This document shows, one piece after another, positions 30,767-43,115 of a stretch of 64,000 nt of DNA. A program made the translations under genes and the position numbers. The notes beneath the pieces are model-generated. The model made no database searches. It saw only the letters and a program-made list of their open reading frames with translations, and was not told where the DNA came from. Source of the stretch: Eledone cirrhosa (lineage: Eukaryota); assembly GCA_964016885.1 (NCBI GenBank), contig OZ024740.1, forward strand, positions 277,698,001-277,762,000, given 5' to 3'. How positions within the stretch are numbered: position 1 is the first letter of the stretch; each line of letters begins with the position of its first letter.

Positions 30767-30877
30767 TGACTGATCGGCCTGATTTGCATATTAGCAGACT
30801 GGCTGATCAGGCAGAACTCCATATTAGTAGATCCGCTGATCAGCCAGATTTTCATATCAACAGACTGGCCAGTCAGT
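30767..30877 (+). repeat. 33-bp minisatellite, about 3.3 units
   Basis: Translates VTDRPDLHISR/LADQAELHISR/SADQPDFHINR/LASQ. Confidence 0.75.
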
Positions 30878-31012
30878 TATTTATATTAAGCAATAGTTGT
30901 ATTGGGCTAGCTACATGTATACATTGATTGATGGGTAGATAGATTGATATAAAGAAAGAGGAAGTAAATTATAGATAATTTAAGCTATAAAATCATGCGC
31001 AATAAAATACAC

Positions 31013-31525
31013 AATTAAAGTTTTCCCTACGATATAGCTGTTTACATTTAAGTTTATGGATTTTGTGTCTCTATTGAATATACGGTATGTTTAGAATATT
31101 AGATTAAACATTTGGAAATACCTTTAGCTATAAATACTGAAAACCTGAGGGCTGTGACAGTCTAGCGGACGCCAGCAACGCGTTTCTGGCATAGATTGTC
31201 ACTAGAATAGTGATTTGCCCACCCTGCTCTCTGCTGGAATTTGAAACAGGCGAAAATATATTATACTCATTTGCATATGGAGCAGTCAAGCCGGCTCAGC
31301 CTGAAAGTAGAATTTAAGTTTTAGCTTCGACATAGCTGTATACATTTAAGTATGTGAATATTGTATATCTAATGAGTTACGGTATGTTTACAAATAAACA
31401 TTCGGAAAGTTTTTTTTAGCGATGAACATTAAAAAGCTGACGGCTAATGCCATCTATGTTTCCAGCTGAAGCAGGAATGGATAACTGCCACCGTATTTCT
31501 GGCTTAGGCTGTCATCAGGACAGTT
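31013..31525. repeat. Old tandem direct duplication (about 300-bp period)
   Basis: 31013-31211 vs 31311-31525 share ATAGCTGT.TACATTTAAGT, TACGGTATGTTTA, TAAACATT.GGAAA and TTTCTGGC. Confidence 0.7.
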
Positions 31526-31526
31526 C

Positions 31527-31755
31527 TTGATTTAAGCACAAGGCCACCAATTCTGGGGGACGGGAAAGTCGATTAAATTGACCCCAATGGGTTACTGGTA
31601 CTTTATTTTATCGGCCCTGTAAGAATGAAAAGCAAAGCAAACCTTGGCGGGATTTGAAATCAGAATGTAAAGGGCCATAACTCTATGCTGTTGAACATTG
31701 TGTCCGACACTCTACCGATACTGCCAATCAACCACATTATTGTCAATCCACCGCT
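31527..31755 (-). mobile_element. SINE S2-related copy
   Basis: Matches 8153-8340 motifs (GTCCGACACTCTACCGAT, TTACTGGTACTTTATTTTATCG). Confidence 0.8.
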
Positions 31756-31944
31756 CTATTGCAAACAATAAGAAATATGAGAGTGAATAAACAGAATAAG
31801 ATCAAGCTTTATGGATTAAAGGTAATGTGCAGTGGAGCCAAATAGAGCAAAGTTAGATAATCTGGAATGGAGGTATATAGAGAATATGTCCGGATCCGTA
31901 ATAGGGGTGGTGCCATGAACCATATTCCTATTTTATTAAGACAT

Positions 31945-32722
31945 GGGTAGTATGCCCTATATTATCAATTTCTAAAACAAGTGTTATGCCACATGACTCA
32001 AACAAGGAAAAATAAGTGAAATTAATATATATATATACAAATGAATATATGATAGGGATAAACACTGATACAAGTATACATGTGTTCGCATTGCAAATGA
32101 CCAAGTTAGCTAGATTGAAAAATACTAATTAAAATAATACGGTTTGCCTGTCTCGATTTAAAATAATAAATCAATAAAAACAAACCTATATTGGCAATAG
32201 CCGTGATACTTACCAATTTCTGGATACCCGCAGAAGAGCACAGGAATAGGAACTTTCACTTAATTGTTGCGAAACAAATTTAAAATTTGTCCGGGTATCA
32301 CGGCTATTGCCAATATAGGTTTGTTTTTATTGATTTATTATTTTAGATCAAGACAGGCAAACCGTATTATTTTAATTAGTATGTTTCAATCTAGCTAACT
32401 TGGTCATTTGCAATGCGAACACATGTTTACTCGTATCAGTGTTTATCCCTATCATATATTCATTTGCATTACACGGCTCGGAAATATTCCTTTCTTTGAG
32501 CTATTTAATTGTAAAAGACTATTTTCAGTTTATAAATCTATATATAATATATATATATATTAATTTCACTTATTTTTCCTTGTTTGAGTCATGTGGCATA
32601 ACACTTGTTTTAGAAATTGATCAATTTCTAAAACAAGTGTTATGCCACATGACTCAAACAAGGAAATATAAGTGAAATTAATATATATATATATATTAAT
32701 TAATATATAGGGCATACTACCT
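31945..32722. repeat. Compound foldback: 31964-32209 / 32295-32624 plus loopless palindrome centred at 32620/32621
   Basis: Direct reverse-complement comparison. Confidence 0.9.
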
Positions 32723-33110
32723 ATATATATATATAATAATAATAATATTAGTATGTACACGTACATACATATATGTATACAGACGTACAGTAGTATGTAT
32801 ATATATATATACATACATGCACACATATATATATATGTACGTATGGATTCACCGAACATTTATTATAATGCTCGATGTGTTTGTAAACAAACATCCCGTA
32901 TTAAGCCGTAGTGTCTAGCAACCATCGTTGCTCGTTTGCTCAACACTGACAAAGGAGCGCTGTACTAGTTTCAAGCTTAGTAGCTATCGTCAGCAACGTA
33001 TACCTTCCTGCCAGATTGTTGAACGTGTATACTTACCTTATGCATATTAACGGCTGAGTAGCCCAATTTGCATATCGAGTGGGTTAATCGGCCGGGTGCA
33101 CCGAAAACGA

Positions 33111-33332
33111 TAAACGGAAAAAAATGAAACGAAATTTCATTTCCCACTCTTACTACGGCTGTTACTTAAATATAAGTATGTACACGTACATACATATATG
33201 CATACGTCATACACGTATATACATATATGTATACGTCTGTATACATATATGTATGTACGTGTACATACTTATATTTAAGTAACAGCCGTACTAAGAGTGG
33301 GAAATGAAATTTCGTTTCATTTTTTCCGTTTA
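33111..33332. repeat. Hairpin with about 90-bp arms around a TA/TACA spacer
   Basis: Arms nearly identical. Confidence 0.9.
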
Positions 33333-33832
33333 ATAATAATATTATTTATACTTATATATTCACTATATATAATTATAAACAAGAAAGGTCAGTAATTCAT
33401 TACCACCTCATTACCAGTAAGAAAAATAGCTCAATGTAAATACATCAGATGTTTTACAGAGCCGGAATATAAATTACAGAATAATCAAAACTGTGTTCAA
33501 AACATTTTATTTTATATATATATATTTAATTGAGTAATGTTTGGTGTAGTCGTAAAATAGAAACAGAGACACACAAGTGGAGGAGAGGAGGAGGGTGAAT
33601 GTCAGGAAATAAGTTTAAACATGTAGATGGTGGATTTGCGATGTTTCTGAAGAGGACGGCCAATTGAACAGGGTTTTCGAGACTAGAAATAGGTATTAAT
33701 TTACACACTACCATGTTAATCGATACATCAATCTCCATTGATCAATCAACCATCTGTAACGATCGTAAAACAATGAACTGCCTCCTACCAACACCTCACT
33801 TGCGTGTTTTAGTGTTCACACACACACACACA

Positions 33833-33902
<70 letters not shown>

Positions 33903-33906
33903 ACAA

Positions 33907-34238
33907 AGAACCCCTTCGGTCATGAATGACACAGATTTTCACATAGAGAGCTCCCCTTCAGAGACACAAGCCGGGGCAATTTGTTTTGTGGAAGATCAGC
34001 CGTCACCCAAGCATACCAATCGCCCTGCACGATGCCACAGGTATAGTCCAAGAGAAAGGCAAAAAACTATACAACTTCACACCGTTGACGTTGCAAGTCA
34101 CTTCTTCAAACCAGTGAACAGAAGGAACGTGACAGAAAAGGTCTTGCTCAAGGAAACAACGCATCATCCGGTCCAACAATTGAAATCACGAGCTTATGAT
34201 TGGGAATCGAACTTTCTAACCATTAAACCACGCACCTT
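33907..34238 (-). mobile_element. Degenerate full-length SINE S1
   Basis: Head matches 881-991 (GGACCGGATGATGCGTTGTTTCCTTGAGCAAGAC). Confidence 0.7.
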
Positions 34239-34308
34239 CAGCCACACTCATACACACACACACACGCACACATGCACACACACACACAAACATATATATA
34301 TATATATG

Positions 34309-34609
34309 ATATAAGATCAAAAGATGGTTAAAGGAGTTCCATGTATTTTATTATGCGCATTTCAAAAACAAACATCATCATGCAATAATATTTGTGTTTT
34401 CATCAGATAAAACAGGAGAACATGATATGAAGGCTAAAAAACACTTGTGGATAGTGCAGTTTTAAATCAACAAGTGTTTTTTAGCCTTCATATCATGTTC
34501 TCCTGTTTTATCTGATGAAAACACAAATATTATTGCATGATGATGTTTGTTTTTGAAATGCGCATAATAAAATACATGGAACTCCTTTAACCATCTTTTG
34601 ATCTTATAT
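34309..34609. repeat. Perfect hairpin (140-bp arms, about 21-nt spacer) of a solo pLTR
   Basis: No mismatch seen between the arms. Confidence 0.95.
34506..34572 (+). ncRNA. Minimal hammerhead ribozyme, intact core
   Basis: ttttat-CTGATGA-long AT stem II-GAAA-tgcgca-TA-ataaaa; palindromic ATGCGCAT stem III. Confidence 0.8.
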
Positions 34610-34695
34610 TATGTATACTCCAGTCCTACAAACTGTAGAGTGCTTCTTATCCGATATCTACATTGCTTTATTGTACTACAATAAAACTCACCTCC

Positions 34696-34730
<35 letters not shown>

Positions 34731-34823
34731 ACATATAGATGTTTATTTATGTAGAAATATTTGCATACATATATTTATAGACGCACACATATACATACAC
34801 ACATACATGCATACATACATATA

Positions 34824-35360
34824 TGATGGCTGCCCCCCTCGTTATCGAGTATGGTCATTGCACGATATACCATTATTAATAATTATTAATTAATTCTATC
34901 GTGCAATGCCTGTGCGTGAAGATATCTTTTAAAGTGAGGAAAGACTGTGCACTGAGCATATTCCACTCTCTGAGTGACAGTAGCTATAACCAGAAAAGAA
35001 GAAAAGATCAACATCATAAGTAACTACCGAGTCGCAAGTTTTATATCGGAGTTATCCCAGTTTCCTGAGTTGCCTTCGCCTAGAAGAATGCCCTGACAAA
35101 GGCTAGGGGTCCCTCACTCTCAGTGGTTTAACCACACGGTACATGTGTATATACATATTTACACACTTTTGGATGGTCGTTAACTCTTATGAGTTCTTCC
35201 GCCCTTGTCAAGTTTTGTTTTTTGTCCTGCAGGGTGTCTAAAATCACCCTCCTCACCAAGTAAACTTGGTGGGGTTGCCGGTTTAGTCACCAACGACCCA
35301 ACCATGCGACAGGTTGTACTGGGTTACATGTTACCAGTAGCACAGAAAAGTGACCCGACA
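34824..35360 (-). mobile_element. Bipartite non-autonomous RTE derivative (5'UTR joined to 3' tail)
   Basis: 5' end matches 54810-54995 and 55676-55865; 3' end CATACTCGATAACGAGGGGGGCAGCCATC matches 54753-54788. Confidence 0.75.
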
Positions 35361-35422
35361 TACATACATACATACATACATATATACATACATACATACA
35401 TACATACATACGTACGTACGTA

Positions 35423-35599
35423 CCGTTTCCATGCGTCGGTGACGCTAATTCTTTTCCTAAAATAAGTCTCAAAAATCTACCATGTGTCCTGTGCTGGCCT
35501 TGTACCAAAAGTAGAAACAATTACTTTTTTCAAATTTTTTGTTGTTATAATTAGAGTGCGTCCTCCAGGACGAAGCGTCTCCGGCGCCGGGAAATACGG
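35423..35599. mobile_element. pogo/Tc1-like MITE relic containing a SINE S2 tail
   Basis: TA-CCGTTTCCATGCGTCGGTGACGCT ... AGCGTCTCCGGCGCCGGGAAATACGG-TA imperfect TIRs. Confidence 0.5.
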
Positions 35600-35708
35600 T
35601 ACATACATACGTACCTACATACATACATACATACATACATACATACATACATACATACATACATACATACATACATACATACATACATACATACATACAT
35701 ACATACAT

Positions 35709-37457
35709 AGGATACATTACCAGAAGGGCATCTTTCAGGGTGATAGCTTGTCAGTGCTACTCTTCGTTCTCTCACTGAATCCACTATCTTACCTACTCAG
35801 GAAACAAGGTGGACAAAGAAGTGGGCCCAGAAGTATCTCCCATCTTTTCTTTGTTGATGACCTGAAGTTGTATGGGCCAAATATCAATGACATCAAGAAA
35901 CAATTGGACCTCATTACACAATTTCCGGCCGACATCAAAATGAAATTTGATGAGTCCAAGTGTGCATATTTGGCAGTAAAACGTGGAAGAGCTGTGCCCT
36001 CCTATAGAAATCTAGAGATGAACGGCCTGACAATACAACCTCTACAGTCAGGTGACAACTACAGATATCTTGGACAGGATGAGAATGTCAGATATGATGG
36101 ACCCATAAATAAGGAGAGAACCAGAACTGAATACCTCAGAAGAGTAAAGAAAATATGGTCATGAGAACTGTCAGCGTACAACAAACACATTGTCCACAAT
36201 ACTTATGCTGTGCCAATTCTAAAGCCAACATTTGGCCTGCTGAACTGGTCATTGCAAAAACTAAGTGAGATGGATGTTAGAACTCGCAAACTTCTCAGTG
36301 TTACTGGGAACTTTAACATCAATCGTGATGTGGATAGACTATACTTCTCACGCAAGGAAGGTGGTCGGGGTCTAAAATCAATATTAACAACATATGAGAC
36401 CCGGATAGTAATACTGAAGCAACACCTTCAACAGAGGAAAAAGGTTGGCAACCATCTTGCCTAGGTTTATAAGCATGGAAAAAAAATATCATTAGAATAG
36501 CAACTGATCTGGAGGAGAGATATGGAATAAAGCCTGATATATAATCTCTCACCCAGAGAAATCGGAAGATCCTATTCAATGTTCAAACAAGATAAAAAAA
36601 TTGACCAATTTACAGAAAAAGTTGTGCATGGATACTTGAGACGTAAAACACAGACCATAGAGGGGATAAACCACTCAAAAAGCCTGGCATGGAGTTCCGA
36701 CAGATTTATGACATCACACCTTGAGGGATATCTCTATGCAATACAGGAACAAGAACTCCCTACCAAATATCTGCTGCACAAAAGAGGAGGGCCAGCAGCT
36801 GACAATAAATGTAGGCTATGTAAAACAAAGATCGAGGATGTAAGCCACATTGTTGCCAGCTGTGAAAGAATGTCATCTCACTACTACCTCCCCACGAGAC
36901 ACGATGGGATAGCTAGAACCATCTGGAACGCACTTCGGAAAACAAAATTAACAACAAACGAGGAAGAATATATTGAGACAGATGGCACTAAGGAATACTG
37001 GTGGAACCTGAAAATAAAAACTGCCACCAAATTAAAGCACAACCGGCCTGATATTGTTGTTTGGGACCACACATTGAAAACGTGTTCTGTTGTGGAGATC
37101 AGCTGCCCACTTGATGTAAACGTTGTCAGAAAAATACAGGAGAAGGGGGACATCTACGGACCATTGATGAGGAGTTTACAAATCCAAGATACACCTTTAG
37201 CTTCATACCCATCCTTATTGGAGCTACGGGTTATATACCAACCCGCTTGGACCAAAGTATGACTGAACTTGGATTTGCGGACAAAAAGCGCAGCTCCCTA
37301 ATTCATAGTCTACAAATTGCTGCGATAGCTGGCACCTTCAAAGTTTGCAAAACATTCTTGCGATTCAAGGGATGACAATTTCTTTTCTTTTACAACCTTG
37401 CCACCAGGAAGGTGGCCGGTCAAAAAAAATATACTCGAAATTAAGAGAAAGAGATAA
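35709..37457 (+). mobile_element. R4/Dong-type LINE family A, 5'-truncated
   Basis: GIFQGDSLS, FFVDDLKLY, GGRGL, CRLC..H..C, RHD, NRPDIVVWD..EISCP. Confidence 0.93.
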
Positions 37458-37467
37458 CATACATACA

Positions 37468-40400
37468 AGCGATCAGTCGCATATTTTGGCGTGGGAGACT
37501 ATTTATTAAATTTAGATGAATACTATCTCCGACATTAATTCCACAACTACAGTCAGGTTGAATAACTGGTTATTCTTCTAACTATATCTTCTGAAGACAC
37601 GTTTTATTAGAATTCGTCGAGATATCCGACTCAATACATAATTCGTTTTACAAGGATTTGCTACAAACAGCATGGCTGAACACAACATCAACAAAAAAAT
37701 TAAGGAAGTACCGAAGACAAATAACAAGGAAGGTAATCAAACTTTATTCAGTTGTAGCTGCAGAAGAAACCGAAATTATAAATCTCATTTCTCTTGTTAT
37801 AAAATGGCAAAAAACAATCCCTCCATTGGCTTTATGAATAGAATGAAGCTACACTGGGACAAAATGCACCCACAGCTAAATTATTTCACAGCGAAACAAT
37901 TACGCCAACAAGCGACGTTTGTTGAACGTAAAAATAAGATAAATATTATTAATTGTAAGTCCCCAACAACAAACATGTTATCAACAACACGTGCTACAGG
38001 TCGCCATGTTACTAGACTTCCTAGCATCCAGGTCGAACAATGCCTTGAAACAACTATGCCTGTAAGAGATTGACACCACCTGTACCATCTAAGTTTACCT
38101 CGAATGCTGGGGAAAATACTATCGATAATAATAATAATCGAAGAAATTTGACATCTGTGTACCATCCGAGTCTACCTCGACTGTTGTGGAAAATACCCTC
38201 GATAATGATAATAATCAAAAGTATAAACAATTGAAAATTTCCCTCAACGAAACCTTCCAGAGAGAAATTAACTCATGTATAAATATCTCTCTTGTTTAAT
38301 AAAAAACAAAATAATGAAATATTACGAGTTATTAACGAAATAGGGGATGAATATTTAGGACGGATAAAAACCCCACATTTTGGCAAATCAACGCCTGTTT
38401 ATGTGCCCTAGCAACGACAGTGAAGTATTATCTTGGTGATAGCAGAGATATTAACAAGAACAGAACACCACCAAAAATGCCATCATATATAACTAAGATA
38501 GAAAAAAAGATTGCTGACCTACGAAAAGACATAGGATATGTGACAATGCTCCTTACATGCAAACAAACACAAAAAAACCTCACTCCTCACCAACAAAGAG
38601 TGAAAAATAAAATAGAGACGATGTTTGGTAACAGTAGAACGAGAACTCTCCAATATAAGCTGATCACCCTCAAACAAGAATTGAGAGCTGTTAGCGAAAA
38701 ACGCCGATACCTGAAAAAGGTAGGTGAGAGAAAAATGCTTAATAAAAGATTCACACGAAACCAAACATCAGTCTATAGAGATATGAAGGGCAAAATAATA
38801 AGTGTCACTGAGGCCCCATCCCAGAAAGACATAGATTCCTGGAGCAAAATATGTGGTGAAAAGAAGAATTTCAACCAAGATGCAGTGTGGATAAGAGAAA
38901 TCCGAAAGAACTATTTCTCCTACACTACAACAAAAACATACGAAATAAGTGAGTCTGTGATAGGAAAACTCCAAGATAAGAAAACACCAGGAAGAGACAT
39001 GATTTTCGGCTACTGGTACACACACTAATAATCTATCGGAGGTATCTTACTGACCTCTACCAACAAGTTCTTAAAGGAGATACACATATACCAGAATAGT
39101 TGACATTAGCACAAACATTACTGGTCCCCAAGAACAAAGACACCCACTTGGCAAAAAACTACCGACCCATTGTATGCCAGAACCTGATGTATAAGATGTA
39201 TACAGCCTGCCTGAAACTATTCCTCCAAGATCACTGTGAAAATAATAACATCATCACAGATGAACAAACAGCTGGAAAGAAAGGGGTTTGGGGATGTGCT
39301 GAACAACTCCTAATCAACAAAACTGCGATGTTGGAGGTGCAACAACTTAGGAGGAATATGACTACACTCTGGCTGGACTACAGGAAAGCTTTTGATTCTG
39401 TTCCCCACTCTTGGATGATAGAGGCCCTCCAAATTGCTAAAGTCCCAGACATTATTGTCAGAGCCATATAGAGGCTGTCTTCTTCTTGGGCTACTATCCT
39501 AAGGTTAAAGACAGAGAGGGATGGCTCTATTATCAATGATAAAATAAAATATTGCAGGGGTATATTTCAGGGGGACAGTCTCTCTATGATATTATTCATC
39601 TTGTCATTAAACCCCTTGTCCTTTCTGCTCAAGAAATGTGAAGGATACATCATTGGCTCACAGGAGGACAGAAATACGAACCTAACCCATAATTTCTTTG
39701 TGGACGATCTGAAACTCTATGCCAAGAACATGGATGGGATGAAGAAAAATCTTGTTACAACGTTCTCAAAGGATATAGGAATGGAGTTTGGCCAAGATAA
39801 ATGCTCATACATGACTGTAAAGTGGGGGAAAACAAAAACCCAATCTAGGAACATTGTCCTCAATGGCCTAACTGTTTCACCGATATCTGATGAGGACTGC
39901 TACATATACCTGGGGATAGATGAGAACATATCCCATAATGGTATCTGTAATAAAGAACGCGTAACCAGGGAATACTACACCCGATTAAGAAAGATTTGGT
40001 CATCGGAACTCTCTGCGCAAAACAAAACAGTGGCTCACAATGTGTTTGCTGTGCCTGTCCTAACACCAACTTTTGGAATACTCAATTGGACTATAGACGA
40101 AATCCGAGCAGTTGATGTTGGAACTCGAAAAATACTGAACAACACCGGAAACTTCCACATCAACAGTGATATAAACCGCCTTTACTTGAAATGTAAGCAG
40201 GGAGGCAGAGGCCTAACATCAGTCCAGACAACATTTAAATGTCGCATCATATCTCTCCGTCAACATCTACGAACCTCGAAGCGTAGGAGCCCGTTTCTCG
40301 AGCAAGTCTATCTGCATGAAACAGATAAGATCATGAGAGTTGGGAAGGAACACCTCGAGAGATATTCCCTGTGTGATAATGAAAAACTCACACCCAGGGA

Positions 40401-41409
40401 AGTCGCTCAGCAGTATCGCAGTAAACCCATGGATAAAAAACTGCATGCTTATCAGCAAAAAATCATGCATGGATATGTTGCCAGGAAGCTCCAGAGTGAG
40501 AGTAATATAGATAAGGAAAGTAGTCTATCTTGGACCAACAACCGCTATATTGGCTCCCACTTTGAAGGATACGCTTTTGCAATCCAGGAACAGGAGATTA
40601 ACACGAAATACCTGATTCACAAAAGAGATAGGGATGCAGGCAAAACACCTAGATGTGATAACAAGTACAGACTCTGCAGAACTAACATCGAGGATATCAC
40701 CCATGTCATCAGCAGCTGTCCAAAGATATCATCGCGGTACTATCTACCTATGAAGCATGATGTAGTGGCCAAAACACTGTATAATGCAGTTCGTAAAAAA
40801 GATAGCCCCGATAATAAACACATTAAAAGCTACAGCAATGTGGAAGACATCCATGTACGTAATATGAAAGATACTCGTGGAATGTTCCAGTAAAAACCCC
40901 AATAAAATACAGGCATAACAGACCAGATATTATGATATGGGACAGGGAGAAGAAAGCATGCACACTAGTGGAAATTAGCTGCCCAGCAGATGCTAATATA
41001 ATATCAAAGATTAGTGAAAAGGAGAATATTTATGCAGAACTGTTGAGAAATCTGCAGATAGTCCACCCTGATTACACCTTCAGATTTATGCCTGTGATTA
41101 TTGGGGCACTGGGATATGTTAGTAACTGCCTCAATACAAATTTTGAGAAGCTAGGCTTCACAGGAACAGAAAGAACACAACTAGCTAGGAAATTACAAGT
41201 ACAATCCATTAATGGAACAGTAAAAATATGTAAAACATTCCAAAAATTTTGCATCTAATAACTTCATATACATATGTACAGATGCAAATCATATACAGAT
41301 GCACACATACCAGTCAAAACATACACATCTACACATTGTCTTGTGTCTATGTTAGAAACCAACTCTCTCTCTATTGGTAAAACTTTGTGAAATTATAAAA
41401 CCAGAAGAA
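37468..41409 (+). mobile_element. R4/Dong-type LINE family B, apparently full length, disrupted
   Basis: ORF pieces 37672-41258: NYRPI, LDYRKAFDSVPH, GIFQGDSLS, FFVDDLKLY, CCHC remnant, NRPDIMIWD..EISCP. Confidence 0.93.
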
Positions 41410-41697
41410 CATACATACATACATACATACATACATACATACATACATACATGCATACATACATACATGCATACATACATACATACATGCATACATGCAT
41501 ACATACATGCATACATACATACATACATACATACATACATACATACATACATGCATACATACATACATACATACATACATACATACATACATACATACAT
41601 ACATACATACATACATACATGCATACATGCATACATACATACATACATACATACATACATACATACATACATACATACATACATACATACATACATA
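41410..41697. repeat. (TACA)n/(TGCA) microsatellite
   Basis: Direct inspection. Confidence 0.97.
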
Positions 41698-41943
41698 CCC
41701 ATCATTATTGGAACTACAGGTTATATACCAGCCTGCATGGACCAAAGTATAACTGAACTTGGATTTGTAGACAAAGAACGCAGCTCCCTAATTCATAGTC
41801 TACAAATGGCTGCGACAGCTGGCAACTTCAAAATTTGGAAAACATTCTTGCGATTCAAGCGATAACAATTTCTTTTCTTTTACAACCTTGCTACCAGGAA
41901 GGTAGCCGGTCAAAAATGTACAGGAAATTAAAAGAAAGAGAAA
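41698..41943 (+). mobile_element. R4/Dong family A short 3' stub
   Basis: Matches 37207-37455. Confidence 0.88.
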
Positions 41944-42527
41944 CATATATACATACATTGGCTTGAGTGATTATATCTGTTAATCGTATAATTCCTTGGA
42001 ATTTGAAGCCAAGAAAATGATATCGTGACATTTCCAAAAAATATCTTAAAATACATCCCTTGAAGGCCCACGTGATTTCATACAAAGTATATCAGATCAA
42101 ATTCATTGTAAAATCATTTATTTTGGCCTCACATACCAATCCTTAACGTAAAATTATGAATTGCTTGTAGTTAATTCTTCACGAACATAGCAAACATTTA
42201 TACGAAAACTCACTCACAGACACACACACAAAAACACAAGCACACAGACATACACACACAATCTGCACACACATTCACGCAATTGGAATACACAAATCCA
42301 ACCCAGCCGCGGCAAATTACTACAAACTTACTAGCAGACAAACACATCCTGTGACACACACATACAGTAAAGGCTAGCGTGGTAACACATGCATTTGAAC
42401 ACTGATTATATACACCCTGCATCTATATATCAAATATCACGTCTTATTTGTATATACGTATGTATGTATTTATGCATGTATGTATGTATGTGTGTATGTA
42501 TGTGTGTATGTGTGTATGTATGTATGA

Positions 42528-42715
42528 ATGTATGAATTGTGGTAGAAAATGTAAATCAGCAGGAGGGCTCAAACGACATGCAAAAGTACATGATCTCCAA
42601 CCACAGCCAACTATTCCCAGTGAATGTTTTGGTTGCCGAGTCTGTGCAAGACATTTCAGATCATTGGCTGGGCTAAAAAGCCACATTTGATCGCAACGCT
42701 GTTAACTGCTATCGT
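42528..42715 (+). mobile_element. RTE 3' region with two C2H2 fingers (tail resumes at 54735-54790)
   Basis: CMNCGRKCKSAGGLKRH and CRVCARHFRSLAGLKSH, the same finger type as in 10661-10931. Confidence 0.7.
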
Positions 42716-42783
42716 GTGTGTATGTATATTATTATTGTTGTTGTTGTCGTTATTATTATTGATGTTATTATTATTATTATTAT

Positions 42784-42950
42784 CGGTAGAGGGTCGGACG
42801 CCATGCTTTCCAGCATAGTTATGTCCCTTTACGATCTGAGTTCAAATCCCGCCGAGGTTGACTTTGCCTTTCATCCTTACGGGGTCGATAAAATAAAGTA
42901 CCAGTAATGCACTGGGTAATTGCTGGCCTTGTGCCTAAAGTAGAAACAAT
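42784..42950 (+). mobile_element. 5'-truncated SINE S2 with (ATT)n tail
   Basis: Near-identical to 6547-6710. Confidence 0.9.
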
Positions 42951-42970
42951 TATTATTATTATTATTATTA

Positions 42971-43044
42971 TTTGTACCGTCCTGCATTGTCCTGCACTGT
43001 CCTTAATGTCTACTTTATGTAAACCCTTGTGGTTAATAAAGAAA

Positions 43045-43046
<2 letters not shown>
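42971..43046 (+). mobile_element. Tx1-type LINE 3' stub
   Basis: Matches 54589-54663. Confidence 0.85.
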
Positions 43047-43106
<60 letters not shown>

Positions 43107-43115
43107 TTTATTATT

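Noticed and set aside
32946-33115. Hammerhead with very long stem II (CTGACAA...CCGAAAACGATA)
   Set aside because: Core mutated and stems not convincingly pairable
42448-42690. Host C2H2 zinc-finger gene
   Set aside because: No TGEKP linkers; the finger matches RTE C-terminal fingers elsewhere in the window and the RTE tail resumes at 54735
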